A stretch of DNA of 64,000 nucleotides, taken from assembly GCA_038087875.1 (NCBI GenBank), contig CM075992.1, positions 3,970,001-4,034,000 of the forward strand. Direction: 5' to 3'. This document shows positions 12,721 to 25,500 of the stretch, in pieces (within the stretch, counting starts at the first letter, position 1; each line of letters starts with the position of its first letter). The notes under the pieces were generated by a model. That model did no database searches. It saw nothing but the letters and a program-made list of their open reading frames with translations, and was not told the origin of the DNA. The translations under genes and the position numbers were made by a program. This DNA is from Malacoraja senta (lineage: Eukaryota).

Positions 12721-13475
12721 GTAGTGGCAAGAAACAGATTTGTTGAAAAGTGGCCCCTCTTCCACATGGACTGTGTTTTTCAAATTACATTTTTTCTTCC
12801 ACACAACCAAAAACTAACGGGGACTGATTTGTTTGTGACTGGCAGTGCTAAACGGATGAACACAAGGAGAAGGACTGACTGAATGTTATAGCCCTCCATC
12901 ACAGTGAAGGATGTTGATTCCACTGTGGTGGATGTTCATGTTGCTTCTATTGTGTATTGTGCCCCGTTTGACTGTGTGGCTGCATGGTAAGTCTAATTCC
13001 ACTTTTAATTGGGGCATGTGGCAATAAATGTGAACGTACTTGAACTTGAAGAAAAGTGAATTGCTGACAACTTGAAGTCTTTGGTTTTAATTATTTTTGT
13101 ATTTAAAATATGACTGTTTTTTTAAGTACAAGAAACAGCCAGTCATACTTGAGAGTGTGTGCAAACTGTGACATTTGAGAAAAGATGCATGAAAAAATTA
13201 GCACAAAACATCCCAAGCGCAGCAGCCTAGACAAATTGTTTCCGGTTGGCCGTGCTGGAAATGGTCCAGAATTGCATCAGTACCATGCTTTCTGCCTCAT
13301 TCACTCCATTGGACTCAATGGAGCTGAATTTCCAGAGGGAGTGTTCAATGCCCTGACGCATTCACACACATACAGTGGGTTTAAATTTACAGGCGATTAC
13401 ATTTCCTACGTTAGTTTTAGAGATACAACGGGAAACGAGTTTAGAAGGATGAGAGGGGATCTCATTGAAACATAG

Positions 13476-14020
13476 TTTTGGTCCCCTAATTTGAGGAAGG
13501 ACATCTTGCTATTGAGGGAGTGCAGCGTAGGTTTACAAGGTTAATTCCCGGGATGGCGGGACTGTCATATGCTGAGAGAATGGAGCAGCTGGGCTTGTAC
13601 ACTCTGGAGTTTAGAAGGATGAAAGGATATCTCATTGAAACATATAGAATTGTTAAGGGCTTGGACACACTAGAGGCAGGAAACATGTTCCCGATGTTGG
13701 GGGAGTCCAGAACCAGGGGCCACACACAGTTTAAGGAATAAGGGGTTTGCCATTTAGAACGGAGACGAGGAAACACTTTTTCTCACAGAGAGTGGTGAGT
13801 CTGTGGAATTCTCTGCCTCGGAGGGTGGTGGAGGCAGGTTCTCTGGATGCTTTCAAGAGAGAGCTAGATAGATCTCTTAAAAATAGCGGAGTCAGGGGAT
13901 ATGGGGAGAAGGCAGGAACGGGTACTGATTGGGGATGATCAGCCATGATCACATCGAATGGCGGTGCTGGCTCGAAGGGCCGAACGGCTACTCCTGCAAC
14001 CTATTGTCTATTGTCTATTG
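13476..14020 (+). mobile_element. CR1 LINE 3' fragment
   Basis: VQRRFTRLIPGMAGLSYAERMEQLGLYTLEFRR...; (ctattgt)n tail. Confidence 0.85.
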
Positions 14021-14642
14021 AAACAGGCCCAGGAAACCGAGCCGCGCCAACCAGCGATCCCCGCACATTAACACACACACACACTAGGGACAACTATTTT
14101 TTACTACTTATACAAACCCAAGCCAATTAACCTACAAGCTTGTACTCTTTGGAGTGTACGTGGGAGGAAACCTAAGATCTCTGAGAAACCACGCGGTCAC
14201 AAGGAGAACGTGCAAACTCCGTACGGAGTCGCGATCGAACCCGGGTCTGCGGCGCTGTCAGGCAGCAACTCTACTGCTCAGCTCCGTGAAGACGAGGCTT
14301 AGAATAGAACCCCATTTTCCTGCTTTCTCCCCGTGATCCCGGACACCCGCACTAATCAAAAGTCACCGTCTTAAAGTATCCATTGACTTGGTTTCCACAG
14401 CCGTCTGTGGCAATGATTTCACAGATTCACCACCCTCTGACTAGAGAAAACTCTAATGCGGAGGGGTAGAGTATAGGCTGCTTTATCACTCCCAGTTCAG
14501 AGTTGACATCCCTAGAGGAGGGGATTAAATGAGCACAATCATTCTTCAAGATGAACCAGGAACACTATATATTGAAGAGAGTTTTCGGGCAGCGACTCTG
14601 TAAGTTGTGACTAGTCTACCTGTTTATGCCCACAGTATAGTT

Positions 14643-15125
14643 CATAGAAACATAGAAACATAGAAATAGGTGCAGGAGTAGGCCATTCGGCCCTTCGAGC
14701 CTGCACCGCCATTCAATATGATCATGGCTGATCATCCAACTCAGTTCCTGTACCTGCCTTCTCTCCATACCCCCTGATCCCTTTAGCCACAAGGGCCACA
14801 TCTAACTCCTCTTAAACTATAGCCAATGAACTGGCCTCGACTACCTTCTGTGGCAGAGAATTCCAGAGATTCACCACTCTCTGTGTGAAAATGTTTTTCT
14901 CATCGGTCCTAAAGGATTTCCCCTTTATCCTTAAACAGTGACCCCTTGTCCTGGCCTTCCCCAACATCGGAACAAGCCGAGTCTATCCAGTCTTTCTTCG
15001 TATGAAAGTCCTGGCCGTCCCAGGAATCAGTCTGGTGAACCTTCTCTGTACTCCCCTATGGCAAGAAGTCTTTCCTCAGATTTGGAGACCAAAACTGTAC
15101 GCAACTCCCAGGTGTGTCTCACCAA
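14643..15125 (-). mobile_element. CR1 LINE 3' fragment (internally deleted)
   Basis: Reverse CR1 ORF2 end and 3' UTR with (tatgtttc)n tail. Confidence 0.8.
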
Positions 15126-15185
15126 GAGGTCAAGAGAGTGGTTGTCTGTATGGGCACAGACCTCATTTGTCGGTAGATTAATAGG

Positions 15186-16029
15186 ACAAAGACAAAGGAC
15201 ATTTATTTGTCATGTACACCAATTGGTGTAGTGAAATTTGTCTTGCCATGCAACACACAGATAAAGTTAAAGACACAACATTAAAGAATTTAACAATAAA
15301 CATAAAAAAACATCCCCCCACAATGGTTCCCATTATGAGGGAAGGCACAGAGTCCAGTCCCCATCCCCTTGTCCACCCATAGTCAGGCTTATTGAGGCCT
15401 CCACAGTCGCCGCTACCGGGCACGATGTTCAGGCCCTTCTTCGCCGGGTGATGGTGCTCCGGCGTCGGGAGAATCCTCTCAGCGGCTTGGGACACCTGGA
15501 GCGGCGCTTCCCAACTGGAGACCGCGGCTTCCGAAGCCGACAGGCCGCGCTCGATCGAGCGTCACCACTGCGATCTCGTCGCGAGATCCAGGCTCCCGGT
15601 GAAAAGTTCAGCGCCGCCGCCCGCAGCTGGACGCTCCACAGTCCCGCAGCTCCGCTATGTTCACGGCGGTCCCAGCTCACCGGAGTTCCAGCCCGGCGAC
15701 CCGGGCAATGCATCGCCCGCTCCACGCAGCGCTCCAGCGCTGTGCCGGCCGCCGAAGCCAAGGTTCTGGGCGGTCCCCGACAGGAAACGCCGCTCCAGGC
15801 CCGCTGGTAGGCCGCGAGGACGGGTCGACGGTGCAGCCCGGAGAAAAGCTGCCTCTCCGACCGGGTAGGGACCCTAGAAAATAGTTTCCCCCCTTCCCCT
15901 CCCCCTCCCCCACATAATAAAGGCTAGAACTCCGAAAACAAAAAACTCAACTAACTAAAAATAAAAAAAGAGAGAACAAACGGACAGCTGCAGGGAGGGG
16001 CAGCCATACCCGTACAGGACGGCGCCCCG
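15186..16029 (-). mobile_element. CpG-rich non-autonomous retroposon with LINE-like 3' tail
   Basis: 5' head ggggcgccgtcc..tatggctgcc..cctgcagctgtc shared with 53048-53895; CpG-dense core; 3' end with aataaa and (ctttgt)n tail. Confidence 0.65.
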
Positions 16030-16386
16030 AGGTGGTGTTGATTGCAGATTCCATCGTGAAAACATGTCATTTTTAGTTTAATTCAGTTTAGTTTCGAGAT
16101 ACAGCACGGAAACAGGCTCTTCAGCCCACCGAGTCTGCACCGACCAGCGATCCCCGCACACTAACACACACACACCGGCAAATTACAATTTTAAGGAAGC
16201 CAATTAACCTACAAACCTGTACGTCTTTGGAATGTGGGAGGAAACCGGAGCGCCCGTTAATGTTTAAAACATTAAAACATCAATGTTTAATGTTTTATGT
16301 GTCATTCCTAACTGTCACTGTATGTCAGGCGGAGCACCGAGGAAATTCCTTGTATGTGAATACTTGGCCAATATACTTATTCATTC

Positions 16387-17058
16387 GTAACTCCCTGTCA
16401 TTCTTCCCTTCCCTCCCGTACCACCCCCTCCCCTGGTACTTTCCCTTGCAACCGCAAGAGATGCAACACTTGTCCCTTTCACCTCCCCCTCTACTCCATT
16501 CAAGGACCCAAGCAGTCGTTCCAGGTGCGACAGAGGTTCACCTGCATCTCCTCCAACCTCATCTATTGCATCCGCTGCTCTAGATGCCAGCTGATCTACA
16601 TCGGTGAGACCAAGCGGAGGCTTGGCGATCGTTTCGCCGAACACCTCCGGTCGGTCCGCATAACCAACCTGACCTCCCGGTGGCTCAGCACTTCAACTCC
16701 CCCTCCCATTCCGTATCTGACCTCTCTGTCCTGGGTCTCCTCCATGGCCACAGTGAGCAACACCGTAAATTGGAGGAAATGCACCTCATATTCCGCTTGG
16801 GCAGTCTACATCCTGGGGGCTGAATATTGAATTCTCCCAATTCTGCTAGCCCTTGCTGTCCCCTCCCCTTCATCAGCCCTCTGGTTGTCTCCTCCCCTCC
16901 CCCAGCCCTCGGGCTCCTCCTCCGCCTTTTTCTTTTTCCTTTCTTCTCCCCACCCCCTATCAGTCTGAAGAAGGGTTTCGGCCCGAAACGTTGCCTATTT
17001 CCTTCGCTCCATAGATGCTGCTGCACCCGCTGAGTTTCTCCAGCATTTTTGTGTACCT
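16387..17058 (+). mobile_element. 5'-truncated Penelope-like element (Neptune-type): GIY-YIG endonuclease remnant plus pLTR hammerhead
   Basis: FPCNRKRCNTCPF Cys linker, then NLIYCIRCSRCQLIYIGETKRRLGDRFAEH (GIY-YIG), frameshifted; hammerhead motif 16965-16992; 13-bp TSD tacttattcattc (16374-16386 and 17059-17071). Confidence 0.9.
16965..16992 (+). ncRNA. Minimal type I hammerhead ribozyme motif (Penelope pLTR)
   Basis: CUGAAGA-A-[GGGU UUCG GCCC]-GAAA-CG-UU: core boxes, stem II with UUCG loop, palindromic stem III (AACGUU); stem I is weak. Confidence 0.6.
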
Positions 17059-17583
17059 TACTTATTCATTCATTCACCCGGAGAAAACCCACGGGAGAAC
17101 GTACAAAACTCGCACAGACAGCACCACCCGTGGTCAGGGATCGAACCTGGGTCTCTGGCGCTGTGAGGCAGCATCTCTACCGCTGCGCACCTACCGACGA
17201 AGTAGACATCTCCAGCTGTCAGCTCCGTTCTTCAGCTCCCCGTGAGTTGTGACAGTTGTGGAATGTCACCGTTTCTCATTTAGGGAAGGCTCAGGGGTGA
17301 CGTTACTGGGGCTGTCAGCTGACAGAGATTGTCACAATAGGGAGGCGTAGGAAGGCTCTGTGATAACACAGACTAGCTCCATCACTGTGCCTTCTGCAGT
17401 GTGCTCTGCTAAATGGCAGGCGGGCAGCATTTGTCTTCAAAGCACAGAGATAGATGGTCTGTCACCATTATCGTAGTAAGTGCCATTTCTCCCCGTCATG
17501 AATTCTCCGCTCATTAGGAAGAGTTGTTTTTTTTAACTTCCAAAATAAACGTCATCCGGATTTAAAATGATATACAAAGCAAG

Positions 17584-17900
17584 AACACGGTGGTGCAGCG
17601 GTAGAGGTTGCTGCCTTACAGTGCCAGAGACCCAGGTTCGATCCTGACTATGGATGCTTGTCTATACGTTCTCCCCATGACCTGCGTGGGTTTTCTCTGG
17701 GGTCTCCGGTTTCCTCCCACACTCTAAAGACATACAGCTTTGTAGATTAATTGGCTTGGTATAAGTGTAAATTTTCCCTCATGTGTGTCGGGTAGTGTTA
17801 ATGTGCGGGGTTCGCTGGTCAGTAAGGACACGTGTGGCCAAAGGCCTGTTCTGTGCTGTATCTCTAAACAAAACTAAACTAACCTAACCTGAACTAAAAC
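17584..17900 (+). mobile_element. V-SINE/HE1-like SINE
   Basis: tRNA-like head with A/B boxes, central domain, (aaact)n tail. Confidence 0.85.
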
Positions 17901-17937
17901 TTTTGGCTTATATATATTAATTATTGCTATATGCGGT

Positions 17938-18392
17938 ACACTCACACTCACACTCTCACACCACACACACACACACTCCACACACACTCACACACACTCA
18001 CACACACACTCTCACTCACACTCACACACACACACACTCACACACACACACTCACACACACACTCTCACTCACACACACCACACTCTCACTCACACACAC
18101 ACCACACTCACACACACTCACACACACACTCTCACTCACACACACACACACTCTCACTCACACACACACACACACACACACTCACACACTCACACACACT
18201 CACACACACACTCTCACTCACACTCACACACACTCACAACACACACACACTCACACACACACACTCACTCACACACACACACTCACACACACACACACAC
18301 TCTCACTCACACTCACACACACACTCACACACACACACTCACTCACACACACACACTCACACACACACACACACACACACAAAAACACACAT
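17938..18392. repeat. Degenerate (CA)n/(CACT)n microsatellite
   Basis: ~450 bp of interrupted CA repeats; source of the His/Thr ORFs. Confidence 0.95.
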
Positions 18393-20308
18393 CTAACTAA
18401 TTTCACAGGAGCTTCATCTTTTTAAAGTAAATGTATTATTCTACTCATAAGCAAGTTTCCATTCACTACCAGTTTAAATGAAAAAGTAGACATTACAGGC
18501 AGTAATTTAATCTCAACTATGTGAAAGAAATTAGATTTTTTTAAACAAATTCCCCAGGTGTTGCAATTACAGTAATTAGACCCAAATTGTGAAGTTGTCT
18601 TCATCTTATTGATATGAATACACACTCAGTTTTTGTGGTAATTACTTTCCCTGGTTATCTCTTTGCAACATGACGCCTTGTTTCCCTGGCTGCAATCACA
18701 CTTTGTCTTTTCAAGAGGTGCGGTGATAATCCAGGACTGAAGCGTATTCATTATCAGGAAATAATGCAGATCTAAATCACAATGAGACCATGGGTTGCTG
18801 ACCTTAAGACTGCTGGGATGATAGAGGTTTAACACAGCCTGCAATTAATAAAGTACAGTATGAAGCTCCACTATACAGAGATCCTTTGCATGCACTGAAT
18901 GATTTGAATGAAATAGCCCAGCAAAATTTACCTGTAAGTAAGTAAGTAAGTTTATTGGCCAAGTATTCACATACAAGGAATTGCCTTGGTGCTCCGCCCA
19001 CATAACAACATGACATACAGTGACAGTTACGAATGACTCGGAAAACACTAAACATTAATAATAATAATAAGACATTAATGATAAAACACCATTGATCAAG
19101 CATGTGAACCAACAAAATACCAGATCAAAGGGAGGCTACAGATTTTTGGCTTGTTGAGTAGAGCAACTACTCGTATCTGCTGGAATGAGTGATCACAGCT
19201 CATGGCATTTTGCTGGGCAACCTTGGAAAATAGGATTGTAATTCGGACTTTACTGAAACCAAATTAGATTGTTCCATGTGTAGGAAGGAACTGCAGATGC
19301 TGGTTTAAACCAAAGATAGACACAAAAGGGTCATGTGATAGGAGCAGAATTAGGCCATTCGGCCCATCAAGTCTACTCCGCCATACAATCATGGCTGATC
19401 TATCTCTCCTTCCTACCCCAATTCCCTGCCTTCTCCCATAACCTCTGACACCCGTACTAATCAGAAATCCGTTCTAAGAAGGAACTGCAGATGCAGGAAA
19501 ATCAAAGGTAGACAAAAATGCTGGAGAACTCAGCGGGTGCAGCATACTATGGAGCGAAGGAAAATAGGGAACGTTTTGGGCCGAAACGTTGCCTATTTCC
19601 TTCGCTCCATAGATGCTGCTGCACCCGCTGAGTTTCTCCAGCACTTTTGTCTATTCAGAAATCTATCTATGCCTTAAAAATATCCAATGACTTGGCCTCC
19701 ACAGCCTAAAGAAATTCAGCCTTCTCATCTCTTTCCTAAAAGAAAGTCTTTAATTCTGAGGCTGTGGCCTCTAGTCCTAGACTCTCCCACTAGAGGAAAC
19801 ACCCTCTCCACAACCACTCGATCCAAACCTTTCATTTTTTGGTAAGTTTCAACGAGGCCCCCTCTCATTATTCTAAACTCCAGCGAGTACAGGCCAGTGC
19901 CATCAAACGCTGATCATAGGTTAACCTACTCATTCCTGGGATCATTCTCGTAAACCTGCAGTAAAAAGCTGGAGTAACTCAGCGGACAGGCAACATCTGT
20001 GGAGAGAAGGATGAGAGAAATCTCTTTAATCTCTTCATCGCCCAGTTTAACAGCTATGTTGATCCCTGACTGCTATGTCGATCAAAGTAACTAAAAATAA
20101 AATATGTTTTTCCCCACTGGAAAGAGATTTGTGAAACACTTGCCTTGAGCCTGTAATTTATCTTTGACTTCATCTCTCAGAAGACCACTGCCCAAGCACT
20201 GCTTCTGGCAGAAGGGCTTTCATTCATCATTGTAAAAACAACCGCCCACTCTGCCTGAGGTCATTTGTTGCGGCCTTGAATATTCCAGGTCTTTTCTAGC
20301 CTTGCACT

Positions 20309-20660
20309 GGGCTAGATGCAGGAAGATTGTTCCCGATGTTGGGGAAGTGCAGGACAAGGGGTCACAGCTTAAGGATAAGGGGGGAATCCTTTAAGACCGA
20401 GATGAGGAAAAACTTTTTCACACAGAGAGTGGTGAATCTCTGGAACTCTCTGCCACAGAGGGTAGTTGAGGCCAGTTCATTGGCTATATTTAAGAGGGAG
20501 TTAGATGTGGGCCCTTGTGGCTAAAGGGATCAGGGGGTATGGAGGGAAGGGAGGTACGGGATACTGAGTTGGGTGATCAGCCATGATCATATTGAATGGC
20601 GGTGCAGGCTCGAAGGGCCGAATGGCCTACTCCTGCACCTATTTTTCCATGTATCTATGT
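20309..20660 (+). mobile_element. CR1 LINE 3' fragment
   Basis: FPMLGKCRTRGHSLRIRG...FFTQRVVNLWNSLPQ and CR1 3' UTR. Confidence 0.85.
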
Positions 20661-20711
20661 ACTCGCCGGAGTTTAGAAGAATTGAGGGGGGGACCTCATT
20701 GAAACTTATCG

Positions 20712-20911
20712 NNNNNNNNNNNNNNNNNNNNNNNNNNNNNNNNNNNNNNNNNNNNNNNNNNNNNNNNNNNNNNNNNNNNNNNNNNNNNNNNNNNNNNNNN
20801 NNNNNNNNNNNNNNNNNNNNNNNNNNNNNNNNNNNNNNNNNNNNNNNNNNNNNNNNNNNNNNNNNNNNNNNNNNNNNNNNNNNNNNNNNNNNNNNNNNNN
20901 NNNNNNNNNNN
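20712..20911. other. Assembly gap (200 N)
   Basis: Run of 200 N. Confidence 1.
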
Positions 20912-22380
20912 GGCAACATCTGTGGGGGCAGAAGGATGGTCGAGGCTTCAGGTCGAGACTTCAGGTCGAGACCTCGCATCCTCCAAGTTTGAGTTTTGGC
21001 TTCAGATTACTGCGTTTGTGGTCGCCTGTGCTTCCATTCAATAAACAGTGTCTTTAGACTTTAGAGATACAGCATGGAAACAGTGCCCTTCAACCCCAAC
21101 TTGCTCACACTGATTAAGATGCTCCATCTACACGTCCCACTTGGGCCCATACCCTTCTAAACATTTCCTATCCAAGTCTAGTCAAGTCAAGAGAGTTTAT
21201 TGTCATGTGTCCCAGACTGGACAATGAAATTCTTGCTTTGCTGCAGCACAACAGAATATTGTAGTCATAAATACAGATCAGATCAGTGTGACCATATACC
21301 ATTGAACCTATTCATGTACCTATCCAAATATCTTTTAAATGTTGTTACAGTATCTGCCTCAACTACCTCCTCTAGCAGCTCGTTCCATACACCCACCACC
21401 CTTTGTGTGAAAAGGTTGTCCCCCAGGTTCCTATTGAATCTTCCCACCCTCACCTATGTCCTCTGGTTCTTGATTGTCTTACTTTGGGGAAAAGATTGCA
21501 TCTACCCGATCTATTCCCCTCTTGATCTTCCCTCTATAAGATTAATTCTCATCCTCCTGCGCTCCAAGGAATAGAGTCCTAGCCTGCTCAACCTCTCCCT
21601 GTTGCTCAGGGCCTCGAGTCCTGGCAACATCCCCGTAAACATCCTCGTCTATAGTGTGATCGGATTTGATTGGAGTGACAATAGGCAATAGACAATAGAC
21701 AATAGACAATAGGTGCAGGAGTAGGCCATTCAGCCCTTCGAGCCAGCACCACCATTCAATGCGATCATGGCTGATCATCCCCAATCAGTACCCCGTTCCT
21801 GCCTTCTCCCCATATCCCCTGACTCCGCTATCTTTAAGAGCCCTATCCAGCTCTCTTTTGAAAGCATCCAGAGAACCGGCCTCCACCACCCTCTGAGGCA
21901 GGGAATTCCACAGACTCACCACTCTCTGTGAGAGAAAATGTTTCCTCGTCTCCGTTCTAAATGGCTTACTCCTTATTCTTAAACTGTGGATGCAATAAAA
22001 AGCTTTTCACTGTACCTCAACACACATTACAATGATAAGCTGGAACCTAAATCCTTTGTGTCAAATTCTCTTGGTTCTTCTTGGTTCTTGGTCCAAAATA
22101 TTCCAAATGGAATTTAAACTGGAGGTGGCGGAGGGTGGAATTAAGCATCCTTGCTGGGGATAACATCCTGGAGTCCCGGAGCAAGTGCCTGGAGCCCTCT
22201 TGAATAAGTAATGGCCATTAGCATGTAAAGTTGACTTGCCAATTTTTGTTGATTAAAGCTGAGTGAAAAGTATGCCATGATATAACTTTCACGCTGAATA
22301 TCAAGGCTATATTTATGCATATTTGAGGATTGTATCAAAAAACAGCACTTTCTGTACTTTTGTATAAACCAGCATCTGCT

Positions 22381-22690
22381 GTTTAGTTTTGTTTAGTTTA
22401 GCTTTGAGATATGGCGCAGAAAACAGGCCCTTCGGCCCACCGGGGTCCGCGCCGGCCAGCGATACCCGCACACCAACACTATCCTGCACACACCCACGGA
22501 CAATTTACAATTTTACCAAGCCAATTAACCTACAAACCCGTACGTCTGTGGAGTGTGGGAGGAAACCGGAGCACCTGGAGGAAACCCGCGCAGGTCACGG
22601 GGAGAAGGTACAAGCTCCCGTGGGCAGGATCGAACCCAGGTCTCTGGCGCTGTGAGGCAGCAACTCTACCGCTGTGCCACCGTGCCACCC
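22381..22690 (-). mobile_element. V-SINE/HE1-like SINE
   Basis: Near-full SINE in reverse orientation, tail reads (gttta)n on the + strand. Confidence 0.85.
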
Positions 22691-24124
22691 CACTGTTCAC
22701 TTACATCAGTATAAATTGTGTCTTTAATGCACAAAGTGACAGGAAACTGCAATGGTGATTTAATGGCTTCTTTAGAATTTTTTTCGTTAAAAATGATACC
22801 TACATAGTAACGCAAGAAATAAAAGCAGGAGCAGTCCATTAAAGCTCTTCAACCCTGCTTGCTGTGCTAATGATCATGGCTGGTCTTCTGCCTCGTATCC
22901 TTTCCCAACACTGGTCCAATAACCCTTGATTCCCTTCATACTTCATGCTGCCTTGACCTGCTGAGTTACTCCAGCACTTTGTATATTTTTTTGCAGGCAG
23001 AAAGGTCCTGACCTTAAATACCATGCTCTCCAGAATTGCCACCTGACCCACTGAGTTACTCCAGCATTCTGTCATTTTAACCAGCATTTGCAGTCCTTGT
23101 TTCGACATTAGTGTATGTGATATTTAATGGTCAGTAATGACAGTGGGCTGAAGTTTATAAGTGATAGGAGAAGAATTAGGCCATTCGGCCCATCAAGTCT
23201 ATGCCATTTAATCATAGGTGATCTATCTCTCCCTCCTAACCCCATTTTCCTGCCTTCTCCCCATAACCTCTGACACCCGCACTAATCAAGAATCTGTCTA
23301 TCTCTGCCTTAAAAATATCTATTGACGGCCTCCACAGCCTTCTGTGGCAATGAATTCTACAGATTCACCACCCTCTGACTAAAGAAATTCCTCCTCATCT
23401 CCTTTCTAAAGGAACGTCCTTTAATTCACCATCAAAATGATACTTAAGTGTTGCGATGATACCTGCCTCAACTACCTCCTCCTGCAGCTTGTTCCGTACA
23501 CCCGCCACCCTTTGTGTTGTGAATGAGGGATTGATGGTCAGTTTTATTCTGAGGCTGTGGCCTCTGGTCCTAGACTCTCCCACTTGTGGAAACATCTACT
23601 CCACATCCACTCCAGCCAGGCCTTTGTCCGTCCTGTTTGACTTTACACTGACCATTTCAAGAGTGTTCCCCTTGGTTCCCAAATGGGGATGTTCAATAGG
23701 AACCCAAAGTAGGATTAGGAAGGTTTGCTGATCTCCCATGGACTGTAAACACCAGATGGGCAGAATGGCCTGTTATTGTGCTGTAGTTCCTTCACGTTCA
23801 GTCTCGAACCAATGACTTCTTAGAGGGCAGGAGGATGATGGGTGATCTTAAGGGGGAGCATAAAATCATGAGAGGAATAGATCGGGTAGATTCCCCTAGA
23901 CTTGCCCAGAGTAGGGGAATCGAGGACCAGAGGACATAGGTTCAGGAGCCTGAGGGGTGACTGGGGAGTTATTTAGGGTTATGGGGAGAAGGCAGAAGAA
24001 TGGGGTTGAATGGAGGAGACTTGATGGGCCAAATGGCCTAATTCTGCTCCTATGATTTTGAGGCAGGGACTATCGCAACATTTAAGAAACAATGAGACAG
24101 GTACATGGATAGTAGACGGTAGAC

Positions 24125-24261
24125 TTCTTCTACTTTCGTGTGGCGTGCACAGCCTAAAGTTGTTGGACAACTTGTTCTATTTGATCTTCCGTTTGTGCAC
24201 GTCGAGTTGATTGCATTAGTCGAAACAGGGCGGACCACGTGAAGGTTGCAATCTTCCACCC
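24125..24261 (-). mobile_element. 137-bp retroposon with HDV-like ribozyme head, 3' stem-loop and (AAG)n tail
   Basis: Minus strand begins GGGTGGAAGATTGCAACCTTCACGTGGTCCGCCCTG and ends TGTGCACGCCACACGAAAGTAGAAGAA; flanked by agacggtagac / agaaggtagac (10 of 11 identical). Confidence 0.75.
24209..24261 (-). ncRNA. Minimal HDV/CPEB3-like self-cleaving ribozyme fold
   Basis: P1 GGGUGG/CCGCCCU, J1/2 AA, P2 GAUUGCA/UGCAAUC, P3 ACC/GGU, L3 UUCACGU, G for P1.1, minimal P4 U-UUCG-A, J4/2 CUAA with the putative catalytic C at position 24219. Confidence 0.8.
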
Positions 24262-25500
24262 AGAAGGTAGACAAAAGTGCTGGAGAAACTCAGCTGGTGC
24301 AGCAGCATCTATAGAGCGAAGGAACTAGGCAACGTTTCGGGCCGAAACCCTTGGTTTCGGCCCGAAACGTTGCCCATTTCCTTCGTCTCAGGCGGAAACC
24401 CGTCTGAAGAAGGGTTTCGGCCCGAAACGTTGCCTATTTCGTTCGCTCCATAGATGCTGCTACACCCGCTGAGTTTCTCCAGCACTTTTGTGTACCTTAT
24501 CAGCAATTATGTGGGGATGTGTCAGAAGTCAAGACCAAAGATCCTATAGCAAGATAGACCATTCTTTCTAAATGCAATGGGCTGACGTGTAGTTTCTCCA
24601 GCATTTTTGTCTACCTTCGATTTCCCAGCATCTGCAGTTCCTTCTTAAACACAGGTACATGGATAGGACAGGTTTAGAGGGATGTGGGCCAAACGCGGGC
24701 AGGTGGGACTAGTGTAGCTGGGACCTGCTGGGCCAAAGCTGTTTCCACACTGTGTATCACTCTGACTCTGTGACTCAGGGAGAGGAGAAAGCAATCTCCA
24801 TCAGAAATATTCATTAAAAAACACAATTGCCATTTTAATAATGATTACAAGGAATTCAAGTGCGAGAGTTACCTGCCGGGTAATAGCTGGGGAAGTCATG
24901 AAATTGAAGGGTGTTAATAATGACTGAAATGGAATTCACAAATTATTTAACACTTCATGAATCTTGAAGTGGCAGGAGTCACAGAGGTTAATAGCTGTGA
25001 TGTGGCTTATAATTAAGCTATTTATCTTATTCGTGGCAATTAGAATAGGAAGTCAGAGGTTCGGACCTTGCTGTGGCTACTATGAAGAGTGTTGATTTGC
25101 ATACAGCACATCTTGGTGTGGCAGCTGAATTTAATCTCCATTTACCTCTGACTCACTTGAGGGGATGTCTCGGTAATGAAGGGCGGAGAGGGGGGCAGGT
25201 AATTATGTGCGAGTAACAAGGTTAGGGCCGATGTCCCTCGCGTGCGTGCGTGCGTGCGTGTGTGCGTGCGTGTGTGTGTTGCCCCCTCCACTGCAAGTTC
25301 AGAGAAAATTCAGTCCACATTCTCCATGACACAGACTACAGCAGTGGCACAGCTGGTAGAGCTGCTGCCGCAGAGAGCTAGAGACTCCGGGCTCCACCCC
25401 GACCTCAGGTGCTGCCTATGTGGCGTTTACCCGTTTGCCCTGAGACCCCGTGGCTTTTCTCCGGGTGCTCTGGTTTCATACGACAAGAAACAGTACAGAA

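Larger units (their letters stand above)
24113..24650. mobile_element. Penelope-derived fold-back element inserted in a CR1 tail, containing nested insertions
   Basis: 16-bp TSD acaggtacatggatag (24097-24112 and 24651-24666); inverted pLTR arms; hammerhead motif 24404-24431. Confidence 0.75.

Noticed and set aside
17924..18425. His/Thr-rich 158-164 aa ORFs (and Val/Cys or His/Thr ORFs near 26900-27300)
   Set aside because: Translations of (CA)n microsatellites
20573..20992. ORFs spanning X residues
   Set aside because: Artefact of the N gap
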